Shown: positions 1-12,343, numbered from the stretch's first letter. The stretch: 64,000 bases of DNA from Tubulanus polymorphus (GCF_964204645.1 NC_134032.1:13566275-13630274), one strand, 5' to 3'. Translations and numbers: made by a program. Notes: generated by a model from the letters alone, not told the origin.

Positions 1-315
1 GAGAGTGACCTTGACCCGAAGAAGCATCAGCAGGACCCGCTTATCTATATCATCGCCGTATTGGCGTTCTATTCGGTCGGCATTTTGATAATGATGGTGA
101 AATATCTGAAGCGCGAGCGGCGCGAACTCGAAGAGGAGAAAGTTCTCGACGAGTTCATAAAAGCCATGCGTAAAACCAGCGCGCCGTCACGTGGACAAAC
201 TAACCGACCGCGCATGAGCAGTAAACCGTCGTTTCCGATGTTGACTCGTGTAAGTTCGGCAATATTCGACTTGCCGAATCGTCGTAATACGGTCGGTAAC
301 GTGCTGGATGTATGA
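1..315 (+). CDS. 3' part of a small single-pass membrane protein, KCNE/MinK-like (start lies upstream of the window)
   Basis: Frame 1 is open from base 1: ESDLDPKKHQQDPLIYIIAVLAFYSVGILIMMVKYLKRERRELEEEKVLDEF...; one hydrophobic helix followed by a basic/acidic juxtamembrane segment; TGA at 313-315. Confidence 0.6.
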   Translation, partial: ESDLDPKKHQQDPLIYIIAVLAFYSVGILIMMVKYLKRERRELEEEKVLDEFIKAMRKTSAPSRGQTNRPRMSSKPSFPMLTRVSSAIFDLPNRRNTVGNVLDV

Positions 316-375
316 GGCGTCGAGATGCGATGCGGTCAATGTTATCAAAAACTAGGGTTATTCATTATAATACAA

Positions 376-617
376 GAGTGGATCTAGGATTCTTTGAAAG
401 TGGGTGGACCTTGAAATTGGAATGGGCACTTAATTTGAAAGGGCAGATTTGGCAATGCGAGGACTGGTAGCGATTCTGGTGGCCCTTCCACAGAACATTA
501 AAGGACAAACAGGGGCTTATCAGGACCCATATTTTTAGTCTTTTGAAAATTTTCTTGGAGGGCACATTCGAATTTTGAAGGGGGTGTACACCCGGTCCAC
601 CCCCTTAATCCGCCCTA
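376..617. mobile_element. Degenerate MITE-like element
   Basis: Imperfect terminal inverted repeats agagtggatct / aatccgcccta; no coding capacity. Confidence 0.3.
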
Positions 618-697
618 CAATATTATTGTATGTATTGTATGTGTTTATCGTCTACGTTTAATAGATATTGTTATAATTATCGTTGTACAGTTGAACC

Positions 698-1039
698 TGT
701 CTATATATCCCCCTCAGCTCACGTTCGACAGATATTAACCATTTTCTAAAAACTTGTTCGTCCAAACGTCGCCACGCCCTGTGACAGTACTCCAGGACCG
801 AGTTCCAGTTTTGTGAGTTAGAGTTAACTCGAGTCAAAGTTAATTCATTTTCAATGAGTGAGCTCGGAGGGTCTTAATTCGATACTTTGGAACTGGACCC
901 AGACCTTTTTCTTTGAAAATGAATTAGGGCGTCATGTCTCTGAACCATCAAATTGAGACAAACATTCACCATTTGTGAAAAGTGGTCGTCCAGACATCGC
1001 CATGCAAAAGGTAATCATCTGAGGGGGCGGGTACAGACT
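698..1039. mobile_element. MITE family B, with nested MITE family A
   Basis: TIR-like ends gtctatatatccccctcag / ctgagggggcgggtacagac; internal sequence recurs at 12419-12654 and partly at 11000-11165. Confidence 0.6.
796..899. mobile_element. MITE family A (PIF/Harbinger-like, CWG target duplication)
   Basis: Ends gaccgagttcca / ggaactggacc flanked by CAG...CAG; absent from the family B copy at 12419. Confidence 0.7.
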
Positions 1040-1595
1040 AGAGAACGCTCGCGGTGCCGAAAACAGACCGTTCCTCGTTAATATTTCCACCTAATCCTGT
1101 GGATCTGTCATATAAAATTGATAATGAAAACCGCCTACTCCTGATTTAAGTATTTCTCGTTTTTGTTTTGGTTGCCGGCCAGAAAACCACGCGGTCCTCC
1201 TTGCTGGCAAGAAATGCTACGGTGCCAGTACTTACTAGAAAAGCATGCGCGATCTCGTTGCTGGCCAGGCAAACACTCATTTTTCGTCGCCGGCAGAAAA
1301 GCATGTAGTCCTATATGATTCTAAAATGATCTTAATATTGTAGAATATGTACGGAGTGCTTTACACATGAAAACCTGTCTCTACTGAAATTATCAAGTGA
1401 AAGTCTGTATCGGAGTAAACCAGCGTGATTCATACTATGACAAACTAAGCAAAAGCAACTTTCAACAACATGTATATTAGCTAGAAAGATGACGTGTTCC
1501 TATATTCAATGAGACACTGGGTGTATCTAAGCCCGCTGGTTCTACGTTTTAGTAGATTTCTATATGTCGACCCAACCTCCATTTAATGTTAGGAT

Positions 1596-1847
1596 CATCC
1601 TCGCTTGCCAGGGTTCGATTGCCGCCGGCTCGAGCTTACGCAAACCCTGGCCGCAAACCCTCCATTGGTCTATTACATAGCCCAGAATTTCTTGGGTGGG
1701 CAGGTTCCCGCTCAGCGGCCACCAGTCTATATTTCTAGCCAAAAGAAATTCTGGATGATGTAATAGACCAATGAAGCGGTTTGTGACCAGGGTTTGTGTT
1801 GGCGCGAGCTTCAGCGGGCGGCAATCAAAACCTGGCAAGCGAGGATG
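1596..1847. mobile_element. MITE family D
   Basis: TIR catcctcgcttgccagg / cctggcaagcgaggatg; a shorter relative lies at 41314-41401. Confidence 0.6.
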
Positions 1848-2030
1848 TGCCAGGATATATGATGATTTACAACAAAGTGCAAGTGCGATTAAAAATTCAG
1901 AAACTCATACTAAAGACATGCATTATAAATTCAAATTTAACGGACAAAGCCACCGTTACGTTTTAGATGAAAGTATCGAGTCCAGAATGGCGCCCCCTAG
2001 CAGGAAACAGTGGCATGACGTGTTGATCTC

Positions 2031-3038
2031 TCACTTTCCGGATAGACCGATCCAATATGGCGGAAAATAATCCTCATGACTGACCTGTCGTGCCAGTGTC
2101 GAATTTTTGCGCGGCCAATCCTTGTAATATATAGTCGTTCCATCTGCTAACCAGGCCGCCCACCAACCGAACGAACCTGTCGAAATGATCACGTGATCGC
2201 ACGAGGACAATATAGCCAGATCTAAAGCCGGGTCTTTCGCTTTAGAAAAAACTACATTCACATTTTTTCTGGGTACGTTTTTCTCGCACCACGGAATGTC
2301 ATCTGACGCAACAATAAACAGTACGTTTTCACCGTACAATGACGTCATACGGTCCATCGCATTTTTTATATAGCTGACCGGAACTATGACGTAACCGAAA
2401 TTAGATGAGAGGTTTAACGTCATATCGCCGCGTCTTATATGTATGCCGATAGTCGTAATATTGGCGCTAGTGAGCAATGAAAGATTGTACGCGCTACGCT
2501 GTACGAAATTTTCGGCGGCCATTTTTATGTGTTTTCGGAACGTAAATTGTTTACGAATTTCGTCGGTTTCATTTTGAAAATATTTCCATGACTGTAAATA
2601 ACCCCAGATACGACTGGCGGACAAACCGGTGATGTTTAAATTGAGAAACCCGGGATCGAATCTACACGCATCTTTTTCGTTATGCGCAATTTTGATACCG
2701 TTTTCCTTGAGTGTTATAGAGGGCGCTGTCAAATTTAAAAAAGTCGCTAGTTTGAAATCTACAGGGATGACTGGAATGACGCCATAGTGCTTAGAAATAG
2801 CATACAGCGCCGCGTATTGGAACATTAAGTTACCAGTTCGACCGATAAACGATGCGGTCATCTGACACTGATTCTGCGGAAATTCTATCACTTCCGGTAA
2901 TGGCGGCTTTAGAGGAAATGCCTGGCGTCGAAGGTGGTAGTGCCAACTGGTTGCAATAAATCCAGTTATCATGCAAACACTTAACCAAATCATAAAAACG
3001 ATTGGAATTGTTTTCCACATTTTCCGAATTGAATACAT
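2031..3038 (-). CDS. Alpha-1,2-fucosyltransferase (GT11, FUT1/FUT2-like), copy 1
   Basis: Type II membrane anchor; GRTGNLMFQY, GYLQSWKYF, GIHIRRGD, IVASDDIPWC, DLAILSSCDHVIIS-GSFGWWAAWL motifs. First in-frame ATG at 3038; ATG conserved across paralogs at 3020. Confidence 0.93.
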   Translation of the reverse strand: MYSIRKMWKTIPIVFMIWLSVCMITGFIATSWHYHLRRQAFPLKPPLPEVIEFPQNQCQMTASFIGRTGNLMFQYAALYAISKHYGVIPVIPVDFKLATFLNLTAPSITLKENGIKIAHNEKDACRFDPGFLNLNITGLSASRIWGYLQSWKYFQNETDEIRKQFTFRKHIKMAAENFVQRSAYNLSLLTSANITTIGIHIRRGDMTLNLSSNFGYVIVPVSYIKNAMDRMTSLYGENVLFIVASDDIPWCEKNVPRKNVNVVFSKAKDPALDLAILSSCDHVIISTGSFGWWAAWLADGTTIYYKDWPRKNSTLARQVSHEDYFPPYWIGLSGK

Positions 3039-3237
3039 GACTCGAGTTGTAGTCAACAGGTGTCCGCAGCTCCCCAGTATTAGTCAGAGTAAGTGGACGT
3101 CACCGGTTGGTCAGTGAGTGCGTGAAGAATCTAGAATTCTAAAAAAAGGCGCACAAGAAAGCGTGTTTAACTCTCATATCATTATAGCTTATCGATATAT
3201 GTTTTTTTAACGATCGATGATTAAAATCATGACTTTT

Positions 3238-3402
3238 GGATCCACAGTTGCGAGTTAGAATTAACCCTGAGTCAAAATTAGTTCATTTTCTGATGATTTA
3301 ATACGGATTACAACATAATTTTTATTTCAAATCGGAGTACATAATTGGAAATTTCGGTAAACTCGGAGTTGAAATCTCAACTCACAACTGTGGAACTGAG
3401 TC
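3238..3402. mobile_element. MITE family A copy
   Basis: tccacagttgcgagttag ... aactcacaactgtggaactgagtc, homologous to 12235-12343. Confidence 0.6.
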
Positions 3403-3839
3403 CTGGTGTTTTGAAAAATCAAATGCTCAAAAATCCTTCTCAGATGAAAAAGAGATAAGAATATTTACCCTAATCCCGAATTCATACACGTTTCAGCGGC
3501 AGAATTTGACCACCTTTTATTCGCTTGTGTTTTATTGTGTCCGACTGCGCTCGTTTATGTAGCACAATCGCGCAATGAATGTTTTAAAGCCAACAATCGC
3601 TTGGTCCCGGTTCATGAGAGAAGAATTTTTTTCTTATTAACGACGGTAAAAAAGTCTTCGCACAAACGTTTGCGTCGTTACGCGATTAGCGATTTGACTA
3701 TAGCGGCGTGTCGTCCTCTTTCGTTAAAAAGTCGAACTTGGCGATTATGTTCATTGACTGCCATGTCATGATAGACGTATTACTCTTCGTGGATTTGGAC
3801 CTAAGCGGCATTGGGAGGTATATGCCGAATTCCCCCCTC

Positions 3840-4130
3840 ACAGGATTTGAACCTAAACAGTGTTTGTCACTATCCTCCGATCAGAGACTGCGCAACCCAG
3901 CCATTAGTTATAGTAGTAGACCCAGCCTCCCCTCAGAAAGGTATCCCGACCTGATGGCATCGCGAAACTCTGCCACGCCGTTCTCTTCACAGGGATTCGA
4001 ACCTGAGGCCATATCGTAATCTTTCAAGGTATAAAAAGCCAGCCGTAGTATGAGACCCAGGAAAAATGGGATTCGAACCCTCGCATCGTGACCGATAAGA
4101 ATCAAGGTCCGATCATGGCCCTATGTGACT
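3840..4130 (-). repeat. tRNA-derived (SINE-like) repeat with several Pol III B-boxes
   Basis: caggatttgaacc, cagggattcgaacctgaggcc and atgggattcgaaccc (reverse complement GGTTCGAATCCC); related copies at 11280-11400, 18784-18960 and about 51500. Confidence 0.45.
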
Positions 4131-5808
4131 CGCCATCAAATCACTGATTGCACATTATCAAAAGTATTGTTCAATCGAATGCCCGTAGAAAAGGAAACCG
4201 AATTAAAACTATCAACTGACGATGCTGAACAAACTCAAACAAATAGCGTTTTTTATTCTAAATCCTTTATCACAATTTTTGATTCGTAAAGATATTATTT
4301 TTAATCATACTCCGAGTATCATCTGTGTTTGTTTTACAACAGCACGCGTGTGACAACTATAGACATACGCTCTCTATCAACGCTTCATCAAGGATTCCCG
4401 TTGTACAATAGGGACATAAGGGTCCCTGTACGTAGACTTTACTCCTACGTACCTCTAAACAGGTGCTGTAAGACAAAACTGACAGTTGATGAGATGACTA
4501 TAGCTGACATCAAAAATACATATGTATTTTTGGTTTGCTGACATATATAGCCACTGCCTACTATTGACTAACTGACTATCACCGCTCGCAATTTTATCCA
4601 ATTTAATTCAATCGAGAAAACCCAAGTTTTTCGAATTCTCGCACGAGAAAACAAAAAAAAAACGGGCCAATGCGAAATTTGTTCATCGTTCAACCTCTAA
4701 CCGTGCGCTTAGCTGAATATATCAGGAGCAAATTAACCGCTATGTTTACACGATGCGCTTCCGGCAGCCGTTACAGAGCACGGTGCACAGAGACGATAGA
4801 ATTGACAAAAATTATTTTACAAACGTAGACGACACCAATAAAAAAAGAAATAGAAAGTGAATCATTCCATACCCGGAAGAGTATAATATATGAGGGCTCG
4901 GAAATAAGATAGGGACGGACCGACATCTTGAGTCGAGGAGGTACACACTATCCGTGTAAGATGGATGACGAGAGAAATCCCACAATGATTCAGTCCCGAG
5001 ATGAAAAATTCTTGAATAGCAGAGAATTTATTAAAGCAACGTTTCGGCTAAACACTATTAGCCAATAGACAACAACCGACATCTGTCATACTGATATAAA
5101 TGAAGTGGATTATTGATGAATTTGCAAACACTGAATTCCTGACAAACTATGAACAAATCGACCGTTTATTTTAAAGTGTCCAATTCGAGAGGGGAACATA
5201 TGTTCATTATGCTACGGACACGCTTCTATAGTCACTGCATTACGTATATCGAAGTGGAAGAAACGTTTATATCGTTTTATATCATTAAGTCCCGAATAAG
5301 TGTCTTAACTCCGATACGTTTTACTGTAATACGCATATAGCGTAAGGACACAGCCAATGCCGCCGGTCGATCGAAAAAGCGTAATGTATTATAATCTCGT
5401 TGAATTTCCCTATTGATTCATCATAATATTTATGATTGATAAGCATAAAATGTTCCGTTGAAAGTACTGTACGGCGCGAGGCCCAACACAAATAAATCTG
5501 CAGAAATTCCGTGTTCAACCTTGGAGTAATCAGACTGAAGTCTGATTACTCTGTCTGATTACAAGGTTCAACACACGTATCCCAACGCGTCACATTGGAC
5601 GTTAAACAAAAGCGCCGTTCATTGTTGCTTATTGACGTTCAATGTAGCGGAACCAAAGTGTAAGTGCGATTGAAATTCGGAAACTGATGATAAACGTAAT
5701 CTTCAAATTTCAAATTCAACGGACAAAACTCCCGTTACGTTTTAGATGAAAGTGTCAGAACGGTGCCCCCTAGCAGGAAACAGCGGCATGTGAAACCGGA
5801 AGCACCTT

Positions 5809-6882
5809 TCACTTTCCGGATAGACCGATCCAATATGGTGGAAAATAATCCTCATGACTGACCTGTCGTGACAGTGTCGAATTTTCTCGTGGCCAATCCT
5901 TGTAATATATAGTCGTTCCATTTGCTAACCAGGCCGCCCACCAACCGAACGTACCAGTCGAAATGATCACGTGATCGCACGAGGACAATATAGCCAGATC
6001 TAAAGCCGGGTCTTTCGCTTTAGAAAAAACTACATTCACATTTTGTCTGGGTACGTTTTTCTCGCACCACGGAATATCATCTGACGCAACAATAAACAGT
6101 ACATTTTCACCGTACAATGACGTCATACGGTCCATCGCAATCTTTATATAGATGACCGGAACTGTGACGTAACCGAAACGAAATGAGCGTGTTGACTTCA
6201 TATCACCGCGTCTTATATGTATGCCGATAATCGTAATATTGGCGCTAGTGAGCAATGAAAGATTGTACGCGCTACGCTGTACGAAATTTTCGGCGGCCAT
6301 TTTTATGTGTTTTCGGAACGTAAATTGTTTACGAATTTCGTCGGTTTCATTTTGAAAATATTTCCACGACTGTAGATAACCCAGGATACGACTGGCGAAC
6401 AAACCGGTGATGTTTAAATCACGAGTATCGGGATCGAATTTACCCGCGCCTTTTTCCTTGAGCACGGTTTTTACACCGTCATTTTTTAGCGTTACAGAAG
6501 GCGCTGTCAATTCGAAAGCCGTCGCTAGATTGAAATCAACCGGAATGACCGGCATGACGTCATAGTGTTTAGAAATAGCATACAGCGCCGCGTATTGGAA
6601 CATCAAGTTACCAGTGCGACCCATAAACCAGATAGTCATAACCGGAAATGGATTCTTCGGGAATTTTATCACTTCCGGTGCTGGCTGATTTGGAGAAAAT
6701 GGCCGTCGTCGGAGTCTGCCGGTTGTCAGAAAGTCTGATGCGCCGTAAACTGGGGCTCTTACGGATGGCAGATCTCGCATCGACGTTGATCCTCCGCAGC
6801 GCCAGTAGGTTGAAGTAAATCCAGTTATTATAAAAACAATGCTAAAACCAATCATAAAATCGATTAAACTGATTCTCCGCAT
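5809..6882 (-). CDS. Alpha-1,2-fucosyltransferase (GT11), copy 2
   Basis: Same motifs as copy 1, with a longer stem region; first ATG at 6882 (MRRISLIDF). Confidence 0.93.
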   Translation of the reverse strand: MRRISLIDFMIGFSIVFIITGFTSTYWRCGGSTSMRDLPSVRAPVYGASDFLTTGRLRRRPFSPNQPAPEVIKFPKNPFPVMTIWFMGRTGNLMFQYAALYAISKHYDVMPVIPVDFNLATAFELTAPSVTLKNDGVKTVLKEKGAGKFDPDTRDLNITGLFASRILGYLQSWKYFQNETDEIRKQFTFRKHIKMAAENFVQRSAYNLSLLTSANITIIGIHIRRGDMKSTRSFRFGYVTVPVIYIKIAMDRMTSLYGENVLFIVASDDIPWCEKNVPRQNVNVVFSKAKDPALDLAILSSCDHVIISTGTFGWWAAWLANGTTIYYKDWPRENSTLSRQVSHEDYFPPYWIGLSGK

Positions 6883-8859
6883 TTTCCGAATTAGTAAAAC
6901 GTCGATTCGGGTTGTGATTAGCAAGGATCGTCTCCGTAAGTGGTCAGAGTAACGAGTCACCGGTTGGTTAGCGCGCGAGAATCAATGAAGATATTTCAAG
7001 ATCTGTAAATATTTCAGCGTTTATCCCCGCAACGGCACGTGTTGATCAGGCTGAACGAAACTATACATTTAGTCTTCTAAAAATGTCCAACTCTTTAGGA
7101 AACGTCGAGAAACCGATTGAAATTGTTACCTAATTCCTCGTCATTAATCGAGTACTGAGTTAAGTTCTACACGTTTTGGCGGCCACAATCTGACCAGCTT
7201 TCTCGTTTGTCCGACTGGATTTTTATATGGCGAAATTGTGCAATGAATGTTTTATAGTTATTGATCTATCGTTCAGTGCAGGTGCGATAAAGCAGCGATA
7301 CTTTTATTACTTACTCTGCTTACATTTCATTTATGGGGGAAATCGAACACATCTCGTTTTGCATAATATGTAGTGCTCTTAAAATGATCGGGAACGTGCG
7401 TTTCCTCGACTTTTAAATAGCGATTCTAACTAACTTTGTATCGGTTAAAACTCAGTCACTATAGACCTATAGTACTCCTAAAATATAAGCATCAATCAAA
7501 TTATGCAACTCCTCGAATGAATGTGTGTTGTTTGGTGAAAATGTTTTTTTTTTATTCGCGTGCCACAGTTAGTAACGTCCAGCCATGTGAATCCAAACCG
7601 TCAAGTGCTGCCCCTATACATATCGTTGACGGTGAATGCGTGAACTAACTTATTACTCACTTGCCGCCGTAGGAATAATATGCAGCCGTGTTAGTTCATA
7701 TGTTCAACGCTAACGATAAATCAAAGGGCAGCACTCGACGGTCAAGTTCTGTCACCGCGGGACCGAAATTTATGATAACTAGTCAAGTTTCCAGTTTCTA
7801 TGAGTGGTACTGTGCGTGCGGGTGTACCGGTTTCGAACCCATTCTATGATACTGATGCTGACTAGCCCTGACGTTGCAAATCGAGGATAAACAGGATGTC
7901 CCGAGTTCGATTCCCGTCTATTGGCATGCACATGCATTTTGCTACTTCTGCTATACAGGCAATCTACTACCATCTACATCATCTTGATTTCAGTGAGACG
8001 ATACGATATCATTGTTGCTAATATTTTCAATAAAATCTGGGATATCGAGTTATTAAGTTAAAAGACCACATTCAGTCAGAGTAGCACGTTTAATGATAAT
8101 TTGATACAAGGCGATTCAGGTTTGCTGTACGGGTGACATTTTGCCGATTTAAAAAAAAGTGATAACGTTTGGGTTTACGTCAGGTTCATGAATTGTACCA
8201 CTATATCAATATCGTGATTTTCATCAGCCATATGAAAATCTACCATGCGCGCGAGTCAACACAAATATCTATCAATATTGAAATTGCTTTCATAAAAATT
8301 CACACTATTTACAAATTAAATGACATATAACAACTATTTCTACATAACGGTATACGAATTGCATACACACAGAGTCCCGCTCCGCTGATGCTTTTCCGTT
8401 CATTTTCCAGGCATTCAAAAACGTTGTTTTAGTGTTTCAACAAATACCATTCATGACCGACCGAGACAACGAAGGTCTAGGTCTAACGGGTCGCACACAC
8501 AGAGTCCCGCTCCGCTGATGCTTTTCCGTTCATTTTCATCATGTCGTATCATTCATATCAGGAAAGCATACTTGATTACCATTAACTCGCATTCGTATTT
8601 TATTTTCGAATGAGAGTTTAGAGAGTCTCCATCTGTCTCAGCCTTCATATACACATTGAAACCTTTTCTGTTTATAAACACCTTTTTACTAATAGTTTTC
8701 GTGGAGCCCTAACGATACGTTACATGTTCGACCTCGCACTCGTTAAAGAGGTTTCAAGTTTCTAGTTGTGACGGTCAACGAAGGTCAACGTTGTTTGCGA
8801 GAAGCACCGGCGCCCCTCAACAGGAAACAGTGGCATGAGTTGTGGAACGGAAACACCTT

Positions 8860-10518
8860 TCACTTTCCGGATAGACCGATCCAATATGGCGGAAAATAAT
8901 CCTCATGACTGACTTGTCGTGCCAGTGTCGAATTTTTGCGCGGCCAATCCTTGTAATATATAGTCGTTCCATTTGCTAACCAGGCCGCCCACCAACCGAA
9001 CGAACCTGTCGAAATGATCACGTGATCGCAGGATGACAATATAGCCAGATCTAAAGCCGGGTCTTTCGCTTTAGAAAAAACCACATTCACATTTTTATTG
9101 GGTACGTTTTTCTCGCACCACGGAATATCATCTGACGCAACAATAAACAGTACGTTTTCACCGTATAATGACGTCATACGGTCCATCGCATTTTTCATAT
9201 AGCTGACCGGGACTGTGACGTAGCCGAAATCAGATAAGTATTTTAACGTCATATCGCCGCGTCTTATATGTATGCCGATAGTCGTAATTTTGGCGCTAGT
9301 GAGCAATGAAAGATTGTATGCTCTACGCTCTATGAAATTTTCGGCGGCCATTTTTATGTGTTTTCGGAACGTAAATTGTTTACGAATTTCGTCTGTTTCA
9401 TTTTGAAAATATTTCCATGACTGTAAATAACCCCAGATACGGCTGGCGGACAAACCGGTGATGTTTAAATTGAGAAACCTGGGATCGAATCTACACGGAT
9501 CTTTTTCGTAATGCACAATTTTGATACTGTTTTCTTTGAGCGTAATAGAGGGCGCTGTCAATTCAAAAATCTTCGCCAATTTGAAATCTACAGGAATGAC
9601 CGGCATGGTGTCATAGTGTTTAGAAATAGCAAATAGCGCCGCGTATTGGGACATCAAGTTACCAATGCGACCCATAAACGAGCCGATCATAACCGGAAAT
9701 AGAATAGGCGGGAATTTTATCGCTTCCGGCTGGCACGGAGAACATGGTCGTGTAGATGTGCTGTAAACAGGTGTTGATTCCCGGCAGCGGCAGCGACAGT
9801 GTATTGCAGTAAATCCAGTAATTATTAAAACAACACTTGAACTAATTACGAAAACGATAAAACTAATTTTCCGCATTTTTCGAATTGGTGAGATGATGAT
9901 TCGGGTTGTGGTCAGCAATAAGTCTCGTCCCCTGTAATGGTCAGAGTAATTGGTCGGCGGTTGGTCAGCGCGCGACGAGAATCTATAACTCAAAAAGCGC
10001 ACTTGTTTAGTACAAACCGATTAGGTTTTGGTTTACTTGGTGTTTTGGCCAGTGAAAGCGGTTTTTGCGATTTAAACGAATCGAAAGATTAAATATAGCT
10101 GCAAAGCAGCAATAACGGGCTTCTGCCTACGTAACTGGCTATTTTGAAGGAGTGGAACCTAGGGGTCAACACATAAGATCCATAAGGGCTACTATGTAAA
10201 AAGCAGCAGAAACCCTTATTATCAACGGTTTCGAGAGGTTTTGCGGATGGCTGCCACCTTGGTTGAGTCGGTTTAACGCAGCAAACCACTCCCTGGCGGA
10301 TTGATCTGTTTACGACGAAATGCCGTTTGAGCAATGGACTTCACAAATGCGACTTCAGTTAACCTTATCTTTCGGTTTGCTCTTAAAATAAGTTGGCCTC
10401 TGATCTGACAAGATATGTTGTCAAATCGTTGATTGAAATCATGACTGGGGCGTTTTCGAAGGTGTCTGAAAATGAGATATTTTATTTACCCTTTTAAATT
10501 CTGAATTAGGTTCCACAT
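8860..10518 (-). CDS. Alpha-1,2-fucosyltransferase (GT11), copy 3
   Basis: Same motifs. Main exon 9982-8860; probable short coding exon 10518-10490 (MWNLIQNLKG, GG|gtaaat) splices in frame to tatag|A TTC; alternative internal ATG at 9876. Confidence 0.92.
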
Positions 10519-12234
10519 TTTGGCGGCTAGTCCCGGTTGCTTAGCTGTTTCGATTTTCTGTGTTCGGTTGACCACTTTAGTTTCGGTTTGTACAATGGAT
10601 GCTTCTGAGTAAGATACGAGAATTAATCGTTCGCAGTACCGGGTGCAAAAGAGCAACGATGTTTTCTTTACCATAGCGACGGCGATTGGTTTGCACACAG
10701 TTCGTTACGCAATCAATCCATGATTTTGAATAAGAGCGTTGCTCTTTTGGAAGCAAATACATGTAATAGCAGTTTAAAATTATGTGACAGTCGCGATAGA
10801 CCTATATACTTATACTCCTCGTTAGCGTGTATTTGAACCTGTGCGGCATCGTAAAAAATATGCCAAATACCCCCCTTAAGGTATTTGAACCCAGAAAGAT
10901 ACGGCATTAAGAGACTCTGTCACAATCATCCCAGAGACCGTTGCACAATCCAGCCCTTGTGCAGCTATCAACCTAATGCCTGCACGCACACCCTCATTAT
11001 CCCAGGCGTCGTCATCCCCTGTGGCACTATCCAGGTATTCTTCTTGAAAATGAAAAGGGGTGTCATTTTTGAACCGTCAATTTTGACCGACATTTACCAT
11101 TTGTGAAAAATGGGTTCGCCCAGGCTTTGTCATTCAAAAAGGTGATCGTCTGACAGGGTCCAGACAACAGATTGACAGCTGCACAGTAGAAGACCCAGCC
11201 TCCCCTTAGGAATGAAAGCTTACACTTCAACCTGGACGGCATCGTGTGACTCTGCGCCACGGGAACTCTTCCTTCCACTCGCAGGGATTCGGACCTGACG
11301 GCACCGAAAGACTCGATGCTAATCCTTCAAGAGACTACAAAGACCACCCAGAAAACCGAGGGAAAAAGGATTTGAACCCAGTGGCATTGCGATAAGGATT
11401 ACCGATAATGAAACTCATAGCTGCGGTATAACCATGCTGCCATACACAAAACACGTTTCTCGCGTCTCCCGACTATTTGGCAGAAAACCCTTGATGCAAT
11501 TCCCTCGACCATTATTTGTATCGATAACTGGCATTTCCGGTTTGATGGGCCTGAACTCAAGAATGAAAAGAATGGACCTCCAACCGCGGAAGATTACGGT
11601 AGCGATTTTCATTTCTACATAGACGTACGCTCTCAGGCTAGCGCCTTCATCCCCTACAGCCCTTTCGAAATTACCATGCAATAATATCAGCTTGGCCAAA
11701 AATATAACAAGCCTCGGAAGAACAGAAAAAGAAATACCCGGCAAATAAACACGCAAATTGACTTCAATAGAACTAATCTTTATTTTTCCATTATTTCAGA
11801 TTTTCCTTCCATCGATATGAATACACAAATATCGTCTTCTTAACCGTTATCGATTTTACTGACACGAACCAGGCATTCAAAAACGTTGTTTTAGTATTTC
11901 AATAAATACCATTCATGACCGACCAAGACAACGAAGGTCAAGGTCTAACGGGTCGTTTAGTGGATAAGGTCAAGGTCGCCGTAACCTTATTCTATTTCAA
12001 AAATTCATAGTTCGCAATTTTATTTTCTTTATATGGAAAACGTGGATATCTTATTCTTCAAAAAGCAGCACAGTGAAAATCAAATATTCAGCAAAAACTA
12101 TCAGTTATATTTAGATGATTTTTAAATTCGTTAGTTCACGAAATGTTTCTCAAGCTGCATTAAAACTAGTCTAAATCGATCCCCCAATTTATTTTTTTTA
12201 TTACCAATTATTTGGACAGGAAATTAATGCCCTG

Positions 12235-12343
12235 GACCCAGTTCCACAGTTGTGAGTTAGAGTTAACTCTGAGTTAAAGTTAGTTCATTTGCAATGAGTT
12301 AACTCAAGAGTCAAATCTTAACTCAGAACTGTGGAACTGGATC
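12235..12343. mobile_element. MITE family A, cleanest copy
   Basis: 17-bp TIR gacccagttccacagtt / aactgtggaactggatc with CTG target duplication. Further degenerate copies near 13790, 18350, 49540 and 51630. Confidence 0.8.

Noticed and set aside
5523-5550. Perfect hairpin gagtaatcagac-tgaa-gtctgattactc as a structured RNA or terminator
   Set aside because: Isolated short palindrome, probably a MITE remnant; no supporting context.
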